Shown here one piece after another: positions 19,751 through 29,618 of a stretch of DNA of 64,000 nucleotides. The position numbers and the translations under genes were made by a program. The notes under the pieces are model-generated. The model ran no database searches. It was not told the DNA's origin and worked only from the letters and a program-made list of their open reading frames with translations. The stretch's first letter is position 1. Each line of letters starts with the position of its first letter. Source of the DNA: an uncultured Nitrososphaerota archaeon (lineage in GTDB: Archaea > Thermoproteota > Methanomethylicia > Nezhaarchaeales > WYZ-LMO8); the NCBI GenBank assembly GCA_964586135.1, contig CAZPGS010000001.1, positions 18,761 through 82,760 on the forward strand. The letters are read 5' to 3'.

Positions 19751-20273
19751 GGAGTTACTCAAGGCCCTTCTTCAAGAGATAAGTAGCGAGAAGCTCCTGC
19801 CGCTACCCCAAAACTTCTACGACGCTGCTCTAAGCTACATTCACTCCTTGAAGTTGAGGAAGAACAACGAAGTCAGCGAACTGCAACGCAAGATATGGGA
19901 GGGAGAGATCGCGCTCTTAGAGAAAACACTCTCGATCATTAAGAGCATGAGGGCCCGAAAGATAATGCTTGAAGTTGTGGACGGTAAACCTCTAGAGAAG
20001 TTGCCCCCAGAGGAGGACATTTACTACGTCAATCTCCGAAGAGCCCTCGAGGTCGCTGAACTCGAGCATGTCAAGACCGACGCTGGTGCTGAGGAGACCG
20101 GACCTCAAGAAGGAGGCAATGTCCTGCTATTATTGAAGAAGGGCTTAGACGAGGCCCTTGCTAAAAGGCTGGGCCTGCCTAAGCTCGAGCCAGAAGATGT
20201 AATCTTTATAAATAAGCGGACCGGTAAAGTGCTCATCGACCTAGGGATTGCAGATGAAATAAGCATAAGGTGA
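19743..20273 (+). CDS. GINS subunit Gins15 (Gins51)-like protein
   Basis: 176-aa helical protein immediately downstream of, and overlapping, priS. In Sulfolobus the Gins15 gene is linked to priS. Sequence similarity itself was not verified. Confidence 0.4.
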   Translation: MIKELLKALLQEISSEKLLPLPQNFYDAALSYIHSLKLRKNNEVSELQRKIWEGEIALLEKTLSIIKSMRARKIMLEVVDGKPLEKLPPEEDIYYVNLRRALEVAELEHVKTDAGAEETGPQEGGNVLLLLKKGLDEALAKRLGLPKLEPEDVIFINKRTGKVLIDLGIADEISIR

Positions 20274-20569
20274 TTGCAGTGAAAATGCCAAAGGAGATAA
20301 ACACCTATTGTCCTAGATGCAAAACCCACACGCTCCACAGCGTGGCTCTGTACAAAGCAGGAAAGAGGAGAGCCTTGGCCCAAGGTGAGAGGAGGTACGC
20401 GAGGAAGAAGAAAGGATATGGTAGCAAGAGGAAGCCAGAGCAGAAAAGGTTTGCCAAGGTCACCAAAAAGCAAGTCCTAAAGCTTACATGCAAGAAGTGC
20501 GGCTACATACTGCATAGAAGGGGAATGAGGTTGAAGAAGCTGGAAATGGTGGAAGTCGCCAAAAGGTGA
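20270..20569 (+). CDS. rpl44e: 50S ribosomal protein L44e (eL42)
   Basis: [20 protein letters not shown]...[22 protein letters not shown]...CKKCGY is the L44e zinc-ribbon signature. Confidence 0.9.
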   Translation: MIAVKMPKEINTYCPRCKTHTLHSVALYKAGKRRALAQGERRYARKKKGYGSKRKPEQKRFAKVTKKQVLKLTCKKCGYILHRRGMRLKKLEMVEVAKR

Positions 20570-20576
20570 TGATGGC

Positions 20577-20777
20577 GTGGTCAAGAGGAGAAAGGAGCTT
20601 GTTCCCACGCCCAAATCGAAGTTTTACAACGTTAGGTGTCCAGACTGTGGCAATACGCAGATAATCTTCAGCCACGCCTCAACTTACGTGCACTGCTTCG
20701 TTTGTGGTAAGCTGTTGGTGGCACCGACAGGCGGCAAAGCGAGGATAGAAGGGAAGAAGGTCAGCGAACTCGGATGA
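20577..20777 (+). CDS. rps27e: 30S ribosomal protein S27e
   Basis: ...FYNVRCPDCGNTQIIFSHASTYVHCFVCGKLL... is the S27e C4 zinc finger. 66 aa. Confidence 0.9.
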   Translation: MVKRRKELVPTPKSKFYNVRCPDCGNTQIIFSHASTYVHCFVCGKLLVAPTGGKARIEGKKVSELG

Positions 20778-20798
20778 GCCACGGAAAGGTGGAGGCAA

Positions 20799-21599
20799 TT
20801 GATAAAGAAGAAGAGGGAGTGGCCACAACAAGGAGAGGTAGTAATAGGGACGGTGGCGCAGGTATTTGATAAAGGAGCTTACATAACCCTCGACGAATAC
20901 GGAGGGAAGAGGGCTTACTTGTCATTAAGTGAGGTCTCTTCGTCTTGGTTTCACAACATTAGGGATGTCATACGCGAAGGCCAGAAGACGGCCTTTAAAG
21001 TCATTAGGGTCGATCCTTCGAAGGGACACGTAGACCTCTCGTTAAAGAGAGTAGCCGACGTGGAGAGGGACAGAAAGATCTTCGAGTGGAAGAGGGCCAA
21101 GAAGGCCGAAGTCATGCTAGACTTCGCGGCAAAGAAGTTAGGGAGGAAGCTCGATGAGGCTTATGAAGAAGCGGGATGGAAACTCGAAGACCATTACGGC
21201 GAGATCTATGCTGGGCTTGAAGAGGCCGCTCGAAGGGGTATAGAGGCTCTGCTCGCAGCCGGGGTCAGCGAAGAGTGGGCCAAGATCTTGGCCGAGCTAG
21301 CCAGAGAGCACATAGAGATACCCCAAGTGAAGATGTCGATGACCCTCGAGCTGAGGTGTCACGGACCTCTGGGCATCGAAGCGATAAAGAGGGCCCTCAT
21401 TGAGGCCTTAAACTACGCAAAGAGCAAAGGCTATCAAGTCAAGATCTACGCTGACGGGGCACCTAAGTACAGGATCGACGCCACGGCAGAGGAGTACAAA
21501 ACCCTCAAGAGCATATTGAAGGAGGTAGCCAACGTGGCTTTAAGCGTGATATCGAAAGAGGGAGGGCAAGGAAGGATACTCGAGGAACCGAAGAAGTAG
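20799..21599 (+). CDS. eif2a: Translation initiation factor 2 alpha subunit (aIF2-alpha)
   Basis: N-terminal S1 domain (EWPQQGEVVIGTVAQVFDKGAYITLDEYGGKRAYLSLSEVS) plus helical and alpha-beta domains. 266 aa. Conserved S27e–L44e–aIF2alpha–Nop10 order. Confidence 0.9.
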   Translation: MIKKKREWPQQGEVVIGTVAQVFDKGAYITLDEYGGKRAYLSLSEVSSSWFHNIRDVIREGQKTAFKVIRVDPSKGHVDLSLKRVADVERDRKIFEWKRAKKAEVMLDFAAKKLGRKLDEAYEEAGWKLEDHYGEIYAGLEEAARRGIEALLAAGVSEEWAKILAELAREHIEIPQVKMSMTLELRCHGPLGIEAIKRALIEALNYAKSKGYQVKIYADGAPKYRIDATAEEYKTLKSILKEVANVALSVISKEGGQGRILEEPKK

Positions 21600-21625
21600 G
21601 TGTTGAGGCTTGAAGAGCTTGTTGA

Positions 21626-21775
21626 TGAGGTGCAGAGAGTGCGGGAGGTACACGCTACAACGCGACAAGTGTCCCTACTGCGGAGGAGAGCTGAAGGTAC
21701 CGCACCCGCCTAGATACTCGCCTCATGATAAATATGTGACGTATAGACTTAAGGCCAAGCTCCTAAGAGAGTAAC
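21626..21775 (+). CDS. nop10: H/ACA ribonucleoprotein component Nop10 (49 aa), below the ORF-track cutoff
   Basis: Manual translation MRCRECGRYTLQRDKCPYCGGELKVPHPPRYSPHDKYVTYRLKAKLLRE matches the Nop10 pattern (CxxCG..TL...CP.CG...VAHPPRFSPEDKY). The canonical position is right after aIF2-alpha. Confidence 0.8.
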
Positions 21776-21859
21776 CAAGACTTCACGATGATCTCCATGC
21801 TATGTAATTCGCAATAGGGTTAGGTTGTCCAGCTAAACTCATGCAAACGCGGTACGGGG

Positions 21860-23782
21860 TCACCATATTACGCGATAGATTGCTATGTACTGTGAATCGC
21901 AGTAGACCTTTTCAAAGTGAGCTAAGCTAGCTACATATTCAGGCTGCCATATTCCTAGGACGAGCTTTGTTAAGAGGGCGTTAAAATTGCCTATGCCCCA
22001 CCCTTGTTGGGTCAGCTGAAATGACGGCGTTGGAGAGCCAGCTATCTTCGCTATGGCGTGGCTTTTAGGAACTTCTTCGAGTGAGACCAACACGTACACT
22101 TCTCTGCCCTCTAAGCCGAAGCTTCTCTTCAAAATCTTTAGTGACTCCTCTTCGCTTTCCGACATGAAGAACTTTGCTACCTCGACGTTCCTCCACTCAT
22201 GTACATTCCCGGGGTCTACGATTGTGGTCCTATTGGCGTAGTATTGTATTAAGTAGCCGTAGTCCCACCAAGAGATTACTATGGCGTTTTGATCCGTGTT
22301 TTCTCTCAGCCATAGAAGCGCCCCTAGCCAATAATTATGACCGCTCATGCCTATGTTTTCATATAGCATTGCATGGCTGACGACCGGGCCATATCCAGAA
22401 GAATACGTGGGAATGGCGAATAACGATAGGATGGCCAGTACTGCTAACGCCATTGAGAGGCCGAGGCCCATCACCGCTTCTCGATTGAGCCTCAAGCCTT
22501 TCTTCCACCTGACGAAGAGCCTAGAACCGTAATGATTTATGAGCCTTGACGTCACGTCCCCGGCCATCACCGCCACGGCCATCGACAAGAACATCAATAG
22601 TCTCGTCTCAGAGGACGCGAGGACGGCGGACACGCCGAAGAGCGACACCATGAATAGATAATTGTTCCTGTCCTTTGGATCCTTCAGGCTTCTCGGCACA
22701 AGCGCAAAGACCGCAAATATGAGTGGTAAGCCCACTTGGTTCCACACATCGTAAGCAACAGGTCTTTGGGACTCCGCGACCGTCGAGCGGACTAGCCCTT
22801 TGCTACCGAAGAGCCAGTCCACCAGCCTGAAGACGTAATTAAGCTCTGTCAACCAAAAGACCGCCGCTAAGACTATCAGTATGGCGACGACGTATCTCCT
22901 CTTGACTTTGCTCAGGGCCATTAGGGGGATGGCCGCGCCTACAGGAGCGAGGAACATTATCGACCTGAAGAAGTCCAGACCGCCGTGCCTGATTGTGAAG
23001 AGGGCAACAAAAACGCCTGACACCATCAACGCCAGTAGGTAGGGTATGGAAATGAGGCTGAGGCTCTTACCGTCCTTGCCGAAGAGCGCCATTAGCAGGG
23101 CGTAAGCCATTAGGACGAGGTACGCGAATAGAGAACCCACCCAGCCGATGGCCGCGACACCGATGAGCGCGCCGGACGCTACTGCAAGCGCTACTGACGC
23201 TATCAAGTTGCGCTTGCGCCCTTGGGCGGTCACGAGGTTAAATGACGAGAGGGCGAGGGCGAGGCCCGCGAACATCAAGGGCGTCGTGAAGGCCTCCTTG
23301 TCACAGAAGCCCTCGAAGGACCTCAGGAGGAAGGCTGGGGCGGCGGCTGACAGGAAGGCGGCTATTACGCCGGCGGTCATGGATCTCGTGAGCGCTCTAG
23401 TGATGAAGAACACCGGTATCACTATCAGGGGGGCGAAGAGGGCTGGCAACAGTATGGCCACGTCGATCGGTTGCAAGCCAGTCAGCCAAGAGAAGCCAGC
23501 TATGAACCACGAGACCAAGGGTAGCTCGTACTTGGTGTTGAACCCCTGAGGGTAGTACCTCAGGGTGTCGTTGGAGGGCATGGAGCCGCTCAAGAGCGCC
23601 TCGGCGTACCTTAGGTGCACGTAGGGGTCGTCGCCCGTCAGGACGTGCTGATCCGAAAACCGCGGCAGAGACCTCAGGTAACAGCCTAGGGCGTAGGCCA
23701 TTAAGAGCAAGGCCACGACTATGAGCGGCCTAAGTCTAAACAATTTCTCGTAAACCGCCCTCCAAACCTCTGGCTTATTCAA
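21860..23782 (-). CDS. aglB: Oligosaccharyltransferase AglB (STT3 homologue)
   Basis: 13-TM-like hydrophobic N-terminal region. Catalytic WWDYG motif (VISWWDYGYLIQ) and a DK-type motif. 640 aa. Confidence 0.8.
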   Translation of the reverse strand: MNKPEVWRAVYEKLFRLRPLIVVALLLMAYALGCYLRSLPRFSDQHVLTGDDPYVHLRYAEALLSGSMPSNDTLRYYPQGFNTKYELPLVSWFIAGFSWLTGLQPIDVAILLPALFAPLIVIPVFFITRALTRSMTAGVIAAFLSAAAPAFLLRSFEGFCDKEAFTTPLMFAGLALALSSFNLVTAQGRKRNLIASVALAVASGALIGVAAIGWVGSLFAYLVLMAYALLMALFGKDGKSLSLISIPYLLALMVSGVFVALFTIRHGGLDFFRSIMFLAPVGAAIPLMALSKVKRRYVVAILIVLAAVFWLTELNYVFRLVDWLFGSKGLVRSTVAESQRPVAYDVWNQVGLPLIFAVFALVPRSLKDPKDRNNYLFMVSLFGVSAVLASSETRLLMFLSMAVAVMAGDVTSRLINHYGSRLFVRWKKGLRLNREAVMGLGLSMALAVLAILSLFAIPTYSSGYGPVVSHAMLYENIGMSGHNYWLGALLWLRENTDQNAIVISWWDYGYLIQYYANRTTIVDPGNVHEWRNVEVAKFFMSESEEESLKILKRSFGLEGREVYVLVSLEEVPKSHAIAKIAGSPTPSFQLTQQGWGIGNFNALLTKLVLGIWQPEYVASLAHFEKVYCDSQYIAIYRVIW

Positions 23783-24033
23783 TGTACTTCACCACCTGAG
23801 GGACATGACATTAACGATGCCATCTTCGATCACGTTCCTCGCGCCGAGGGACGCTAAAATTGTCTTTGTCCTCCTATTAAAGCAACGCACGCAAAGGGCA
23901 TGAAAGGACCACCTAGCTGACAAGCCCAGTCCGTACTTTAAAGTTTAAAACTTTTGACGGCTCTAGTGTTGAGAGACGTAATCATAACATCTGAGCATGG
24001 TAAAGGACTTGAGCCGGCCTAGTAACGTGAGAG

Positions 24034-27000
24034 ATGATGGGCATGGAGATGAAGAGTTACGATCCGTTGAAGGTTGAGCATTGCGTGAGGGCTTTCTGGC
24101 ACGACAACGACGTAATAAACAAGTGCTTCGAGGCACGGAAGGGGAGAGGGCTCTTCAGCTTCTTGGAGGGTCCGCCCACAACAAATGGCTTCATGCACGT
24201 GGGTCATGCAAGAGGTAGGACGCTCAAGGACATAGTCATTAAGTTCAAGCTCATGCAGGGCTTTGACGTGTGGCACCGTGCCGGCTGGGACACCCAAGGC
24301 CTGCCAGTCGAGCTTGAGGTCGAGAAGAACTTGGGCCTGAGGTCAAAGAAGGACATAGAGGTCGTGGGCTACGAAAGGTTCGTGGAGGAGTGCAATAAGC
24401 TCGTGGACTACTACTTAGGCCATTGGAGGAAGGCCTCAGAGCTACTAGGCCTGTGGCTCGACTACGACAGCGCATATCAAACGAGGCGTAAAGAGTACAT
24501 AGAGTTCATATGGTGGGCCCTGAAGCAAACGTATGAAAGAGGGCTACTAGTCGAAGATCTTAAGGTAATAGCATTTTGCCCTCGTTGCGAGACCCCTCTC
24601 TCAGACCAAGAGGTCGCTTTGGGCTATGCGAGCATAGAAGATCCCTCGATCTACGTGAAGATCTCGTTGCTCGATAGGGAGTCCACGTACGTAGTCATTT
24701 GGACCACGACCCCCTGGACCCTGCCAGCTAACGAGGCCGTGTGTTTGCATCCGGACGAGTACTACGTCGAGGTCGAGGTGGGAGGCGAGAGGTGGATTTT
24801 GGCCGAGAAGCTCTTGGAGAAGGTCATGGTAGAGGTGGGGATAAAGGGGTACAAAATACTCAGGAAGTTCCTTGGATCGGAACTTGAGGGTACCAAGTAC
24901 CTACACCCGCTTCTAGACGAAGTGCCCGAGCACAAGGACCACCATGCCTCTCACATAATAACGTGTGATCAAGGAGTTAGCATGGAGGAAGGTAGTGGAT
25001 GTGTGCACATAGCCCCAGCTCATGGACCCGAGGACTTCGAAATAGGCAAGAGGTATTCGTTACCTGTGTTCTGCCCGGTGGAGGTCAACGGATTCTATTC
25101 GGACAAAGCTGGCAAATACAGGGGCATGTACGTAAGGGAGGCCAACAGGGTCATCATTGAAGACTTGAGGAAGAAGGGGCTGTTGGCCTACGAGGAGACG
25201 ATACTTCACGAGTACCCTCGTTGCTGGAGGTGCGACACCCCCTTAATCTACAGAGCCGACAGGCAGTGGTTCTTGCGCATAGAGCCCATAAAGAGCTTGA
25301 TCTTGGAGGAGAACGAGAAGGTGAGGTGGGCCCCGCCGTGGGCAGGTAAGGCTAGGTTCCACGACTGGATCGTCAACGCTAGGGATTGGTGCATTTCGCG
25401 CTTAAGGGTGTGGGGCTCGCCCTTGAACATCTGGACGTGCACAAAGTGCGGGCACAGGGTCTGCGTGGGCTCAATTGAAGAGCTCAAGAGCTTGGCCTTA
25501 ACCCGCCTCGAGGACGTGGAGCTTCATAGGCCGTGGATCGACGCCGTCAGGCTCAGATGCCCGAATTGCAGGGGCGAGATGAGGAGAGAGCCGCATGTGC
25601 TTGATTGCTGGCTAGACTCTGGAGTAGCGCACGCTGCAAGCATTGACTACCTGGAAGACAAAGCGCTGTTTGAGAAGTTGTTTCCCTACGACTTCATAAC
25701 CGAGGCGGTTGACCAGACAAGAGGGTGGTTCTTCTCGCTGATCTTCACGAGCGTGATGTTGTTCGGTAAAGCTCCTTACAAGAGCGTGTTATGTCAAGGC
25801 CACGTGCTCGATAAACTAGGCCAGAAGATGTCGAAGAGCAGAGGAAATGTCATTTGGGCTCGCGACGTCATAGAAGCCGAAGGAGCTGATCCCTTGCGCT
25901 TGTACTTAGTCATGAAAGCGGCTCCTTGGGAATCGTTGAACTTCGACATCGAAGAGTTGAAGTCGGTCAAACGCACCTTGAATATAATCTTCAACGTATT
26001 CAAATTTGCCAATACATACATGGATCTCGATAAATTTGATTACAAAAAATACCCAATAGATTTGTTTATCAACAAGCTTTATCCAGAAGACCAGTGGATC
26101 CTCTCGAAGATTCAGACCACCATCGAAGAAGTGACCTCAAACATCGAGACGTATAACATACACGAAGCGGCGAAGGCCATAGTCAACTTCTTTGTCGAGG
26201 ACCTGAGCCATGGCTACATAAGGTTCATTAGGAGGAGGGTTTGGCTAGAAGAGGAGAACGTCGAGAAGCTCATGACTTATAGCGTATTGTACTATGTGCT
26301 CGATAAGGCTCTCAGACTCATGGCCCCCTTCGTCCCACACTTAGCTGAATGGTTGTACCAGGCGTTCTTGAAGAAGTTCGGCGGCTTAAAGGAAGAAAGC
26401 TTGTTCATGCTTAATTGGCCCTCGACCGAGGCCAAGTTCATCAAGAAAGAGCTTGAAGAAGGCGCATCGCTACTCATGGAGGCGCTAACGCTTGTGGCAA
26501 GCGCGAGGCAGAAAGCCAAGCTCAAGGGTAGATGGCCAGTCTCCGACGTCGTCGTTGTGGTATTCGATGAGGGACAGGCCGCGAAGCTAGGCGCGTTTCA
26601 TAAAGCGCTACGCGAGCAAGCCAACGCCCGAAACGTCGTTATCACAACTGCCATACCCAATAACATGAGGTTAAAGGTAATGGTTCAGGAAGGTAAGGTC
26701 AAGAGGGCTCTGAGGCCTAAGATGGCAAAGCTCCTCGAACAGCTGGATAAGGCCGATGTCAAGAAGATGGTAAAAGAACTTTGTGTTCACGGTAAGGTAA
26801 ATGTTAACGTAGAAGTCGAGGAGATATCGCTGAACAACGAGGACGTAAAAGTGATCGGAGTCGAGGACTATGAGAGTTGGGCTTTCACCTTGGGCAAACG
26901 CATGTTAGTATGCATGAACACGACGCGAGACAGAGAGCTTGAGGCCGAGGCCTTAACTAGGGAGCTCGTCCGTAGAATACAGTACATGCGCAAGGAGCTT

Positions 27001-27237
27001 AACTTAAACATCGAAGATTACATAGATCTAGCAATCGAGGCGGACGAGGGCGTTCTAAACATCTTGAGCACAAAGAACGTAGATTACTTGAAGAGTGAAG
27101 TCAGGGCTAGGGAGTTAAAGATGGGTAGTAAAGTGGACGTGACCGGAGAAGGCTGGTACGCAAAGGAGTGGGACGTAGATGGACTGGGGGTCAAAATACA
27201 CTTACGAAAGAGTGGAGAAGGAAGACAAAGTTTTTAG
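24034..27237 (+). CDS. ileS: Isoleucyl-tRNA synthetase
   Basis: Class I HIGH motif (PPTTNGFMHVGHARG), KMSKS (GQKMSKSRGNV), CP1 editing insertion, zinc knuckles (CPRCE..., CTKCGH..., CPNCRG). 1067 aa fits archaeal IleRS. Confidence 0.85.
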   Translation: MMGMEMKSYDPLKVEHCVRAFWHDNDVINKCFEARKGRGLFSFLEGPPTTNGFMHVGHARGRTLKDIVIKFKLMQGFDVWHRAGWDTQGLPVELEVEKNLGLRSKKDIEVVGYERFVEECNKLVDYYLGHWRKASELLGLWLDYDSAYQTRRKEYIEFIWWALKQTYERGLLVEDLKVIAFCPRCETPLSDQEVALGYASIEDPSIYVKISLLDRESTYVVIWTTTPWTLPANEAVCLHPDEYYVEVEVGGERWILAEKLLEKVMVEVGIKGYKILRKFLGSELEGTKYLHPLLDEVPEHKDHHASHIITCDQGVSMEEGSGCVHIAPAHGPEDFEIGKRYSLPVFCPVEVNGFYSDKAGKYRGMYVREANRVIIEDLRKKGLLAYEETILHEYPRCWRCDTPLIYRADRQWFLRIEPIKSLILEENEKVRWAPPWAGKARFHDWIVNARDWCISRLRVWGSPLNIWTCTKCGHRVCVGSIEELKSLALTRLEDVELHRPWIDAVRLRCPNCRGEMRREPHVLDCWLDSGVAHAASIDYLEDKALFEKLFPYDFITEAVDQTRGWFFSLIFTSVMLFGKAPYKSVLCQGHVLDKLGQKMSKSRGNVIWARDVIEAEGADPLRLYLVMKAAPWESLNFDIEELKSVKRTLNIIFNVFKFANTYMDLDKFDYKKYPIDLFINKLYPEDQWILSKIQTTIEEVTSNIETYNIHEAAKAIVNFFVEDLSHGYIRFIRRRVWLEEENVEKLMTYSVLYYVLDKALRLMAPFVPHLAEWLYQAFLKKFGGLKEESLFMLNWPSTEAKFIKKELEEGASLLMEALTLVASARQKAKLKGRWPVSDVVVVVFDEGQAAKLGAFHKALREQANARNVVITTAIPNNMRLKVMVQEGKVKRALRPKMAKLLEQLDKADVKKMVKELCVHGKVNVNVEVEEISLNNEDVKVIGVEDYESWAFTLGKRMLVCMNTTRDRELEAEALTRELVRRIQYMRKELNLNIEDYIDLAIEADEGVLNILSTKNVDYLKSEVRARELKMGSKVDVTGEGWYAKEWDVDGLGVKIHLRKSGEGRQSF

Positions 27238-27263
27238 TTGAGCGAAGAGCCGAGTAATTTTGG

Positions 27264-27348
27264 GCCGGGATGGCCGAGCGGACCAAGGCGCCAGCCTTGA
27301 GAGCTGGTGCCCCATTGGGGCGCGCGGGTTCGAATCCCGCTCCCGGCG
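27264..27348 (+). tRNA. tRNA-Ser (anticodon UGA), type II with long variable arm
   Basis: Acceptor GCCGGGA/TCCCGGC. D arm GCC-GAGCGGACCAA-GGC. Anticodon stem CCAGC/GCTGG with loop CTTGAGA (UGA). Variable arm TGCCCCATTGGGGCGC. T arm GCGGG-TTCGAAT-CCCGC. Discriminator G. No intron, CCA not encoded. Coordinates are ±1 nt. Confidence 0.8.
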
Positions 27349-27381
27349 TCACAACAAGTGTTACTCGACGAAGGGATCGGT

Positions 27382-27807
27382 ATGAGCATAAAGTTCTTAG
27401 ACCATCCATCTGACGTCTACGTCGAGGTTAGGGCCAAGAGCTTAGAGGAGGCCTTTGCTCTCAGCGGAATGGCAGTTTATGAGGTCATGACCGACGTGAG
27501 CCGTGTTAAAGAGCAGGAGAGGGTGGAGGTCGCGGTCGAAGGTTTCGACTTATACTCCTTGCTCTACAATTGGCTCGAGGGATTGATATACCTCTTTGAC
27601 TCAAGAGGGTTCTTGGGCTCAGAAATAAAGGTTGAGAAAGTGAGCAGAAACGAGAACGGCTTTAAACTAAAAGCAGTAGTACTCGGCGAAAAATACGATG
27701 CCAAGCGTCATGAGTCGAAGACAGCCATAAAAGCTGCAACGTATCACTTAATGGAGATAAAAAAGGAGGGCGACGAATACGTAATTAAGTTCGTCTTGGA
27801 CATCTGA
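27382..27807 (+). CDS. Archease (activator of RtcB tRNA ligase)
   Basis: MSIKFLDHPSDVYVEVRAKSLEEAFALSGMAVYEVM...VEVAVEGFDLYSLLYNWLEGLIYLFDSRGFL...KLKAVVLGEKYDAKRHESKTAIKAATYHLMEIKKEGDEYVIKFVLDI aligns with the archease family along its length. The ORF-track 5' extension (27307) runs through the tRNA and is rejected. Confidence 0.8.
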   Translation: MSIKFLDHPSDVYVEVRAKSLEEAFALSGMAVYEVMTDVSRVKEQERVEVAVEGFDLYSLLYNWLEGLIYLFDSRGFLGSEIKVEKVSRNENGFKLKAVVLGEKYDAKRHESKTAIKAATYHLMEIKKEGDEYVIKFVLDI

Positions 27808-27820
27808 TGCGCTCAGCTTT

Positions 27821-28540
27821 TCAGATCGACTTGAGGTACTCCTCCCTCTTCCTCAAGAAGTCACCCATTTCGCTGAAAGGCTTGGCAGGGCTCCCCCTTA
27901 CGGCGACGCCTTCTGGAACGTCCTTCGTCACTACGCTGCCAGCCGCGACAAATGAGTTGGGCCCCACCTTTACCCCTGCAATGATTACGGCGTTGGCGGC
28001 GATAATAGCTCCCTTACATATTCTAGTCATGACTATTTTACCGCTTGGGGGATACTTGTCGTTCGTTATGACCACTCCAGGGCCTAAGAAGACGTCGTCC
28101 TCTACCACGGTACGCCTGGGTATAAAGACGTTCGATTGGACGTTAACCTGAGAGCCTATGCAAGCTTCACCCTCTATTATGGTATAAGACCCAATACTTG
28201 AGCCGTCGCCTATCTCGGTATCTTCACGAACGAGCACGTTATGCCCGAGCTGGACTCGATTACCTATCTTGACCCGCTCATAGATGATGCAACCGCTACG
28301 TATCATGCAACTCTCTCCAATGATGCAACCCTCGCTCACTTTGTCAAAGGCCTGGTCTAAGTCTTGAGGTCGCACCCTCATCTCTAAGACTTTAGCCAAG
28401 TTCTTACGAGTAGGGTAGCCCAACACCACCATATCATCGACTATCGTGTTGCTACTTACTACCGTCCTACCGTAAATCCTAATTAAAGACCCTAAAAATG
28501 GCGTGTTTACTGAGGCCTTATGAGAAACAAAGCGCCACAA
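27821..28540 (-). CDS. Hexapeptide-repeat (left-handed beta-helix) acyl/acetyltransferase
   Basis: Repeated [LIV]-G-x-x-x-x hexads throughout (IGESCMIRSGCIIYERVKIGNRVQLGHNVLVREDTEIGDGSSIGSYTIIEGEACIGSQVNV...). Confidence 0.6.
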   Translation of the reverse strand: MWRFVSHKASVNTPFLGSLIRIYGRTVVSSNTIVDDMVVLGYPTRKNLAKVLEMRVRPQDLDQAFDKVSEGCIIGESCMIRSGCIIYERVKIGNRVQLGHNVLVREDTEIGDGSSIGSYTIIEGEACIGSQVNVQSNVFIPRRTVVEDDVFLGPGVVITNDKYPPSGKIVMTRICKGAIIAANAVIIAGVKVGPNSFVAAGSVVTKDVPEGVAVRGSPAKPFSEMGDFLRKREEYLKSI

Positions 28541-28671
28541 TGTTGATCACCAGCTCAGGGCCTCAGCTCATGAATGGCCTTTCATTTTCAGTTTCAACAC
28601 TCGGCAAGCTCTTCATCGGCCAGTTAAACTTGTGAGAGGGGGGCTATAAACTCTCTCGAGGGGACTATTAA

Positions 28672-29547
28672 TTGAGGATAGCAGTCGCATTGCCATCGAC
28701 GGCCTTAGCTGAGGCAAACTCTCTACTTGAGAAGACTATCAAAGTCGGATTCATGGCCAGGGCCCTAGCCATATTTAAGGTTGAGCAACTAATCATATAC
28801 TGCGATGAGGCCGAGGGCGTCGATGAGAGGGCCCTCTTGGGAAAGCTCTTCAACTACTTAACCTGTCCGCAGTACTTCAGGAAGAGAGTCTTCTCCCTTG
28901 ATCCTAGCCTAAAATACGTAGGCCTGCTGCCACCTCTAAACACCCCTAACCATCCAATAGAAAAGAGCGTAAAGGACTTGCCCGAGATCTGCTATCGAGA
29001 AGGGCTCGTGATAGGCAGTGCTAGAGGAAGGTATTTGGCCGATGTGGGGGTCGAGGTCCCTCTTGCATTTCAAAGCTCGAGAAAGTTGAGGAGGGGTGAT
29101 AGGGTAATCTTGAGGATCATTAAAAGGGGCAACGAAGTTGCTGAAGTTAAAGAAGTCGAGAGGGGCGAGGTGCCTCATTACTTCGGATTCACGGTCGACG
29201 TGACGAATTTAAACCTCAAGGGGATGATATCTTCGTTTAAGGGAGATGCTCTAGTCATAGCGACTTCTAGATATGGTAGAGAAGTGCACAGAGAAGTGCA
29301 AAATCTCCTAGAGTTAATGAGGAAGTACGAGAAGATGCTCTTGATATTCGGCTCGCCGCTTAGGGGGCTCTACGAGATAGCAAAGAGAGAGGGATTTGAT
29401 CTAGACGAGGAGGTTCACATGACCCTGAACTTCGTGCCTGGGCAGGGAACTAAAACCGTGAGGGTCGAAGAAGCGCTGTACTCGACGCTTGCGATAATCA
29501 ACTTACTTCGCTACGAGGTCGAAGGACTGTCCGTCTTAAGGAAATAA
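28672..29547 (+). CDS. SPOUT-superfamily methyltransferase, DUF171 / SPOUT1(C9orf114)-like
   Basis: N-terminal MRIAVALPSTALAEANSLLEKTIKVGFMARALAIFKVEQLIIY resembles the DUF171 signature (S[VI]A[IL]P.S.L...Q...L.T...GQIARA.AIF.VDEI.V). 291 aa. Confidence 0.5.
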   Translation: MRIAVALPSTALAEANSLLEKTIKVGFMARALAIFKVEQLIIYCDEAEGVDERALLGKLFNYLTCPQYFRKRVFSLDPSLKYVGLLPPLNTPNHPIEKSVKDLPEICYREGLVIGSARGRYLADVGVEVPLAFQSSRKLRRGDRVILRIIKRGNEVAEVKEVERGEVPHYFGFTVDVTNLNLKGMISSFKGDALVIATSRYGREVHREVQNLLELMRKYEKMLLIFGSPLRGLYEIAKREGFDLDEEVHMTLNFVPGQGTKTVRVEEALYSTLAIINLLRYEVEGLSVLRK

Positions 29548-29618
29548 AAGATTAAATAGGGGGCTGGGGGATTTTACTCTTCAACGCCGTTGAGCTGAAA
29601 ACTCCGAGGGATTAGGAA

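Noticed and set aside
27307-27381. 5' extension of the archease ORF (GTG start at 27307)
   Set aside because: The extension runs straight through the T-arm and acceptor stem of tRNA-Ser. The conserved archease sequence begins at the internal ATG 27382.
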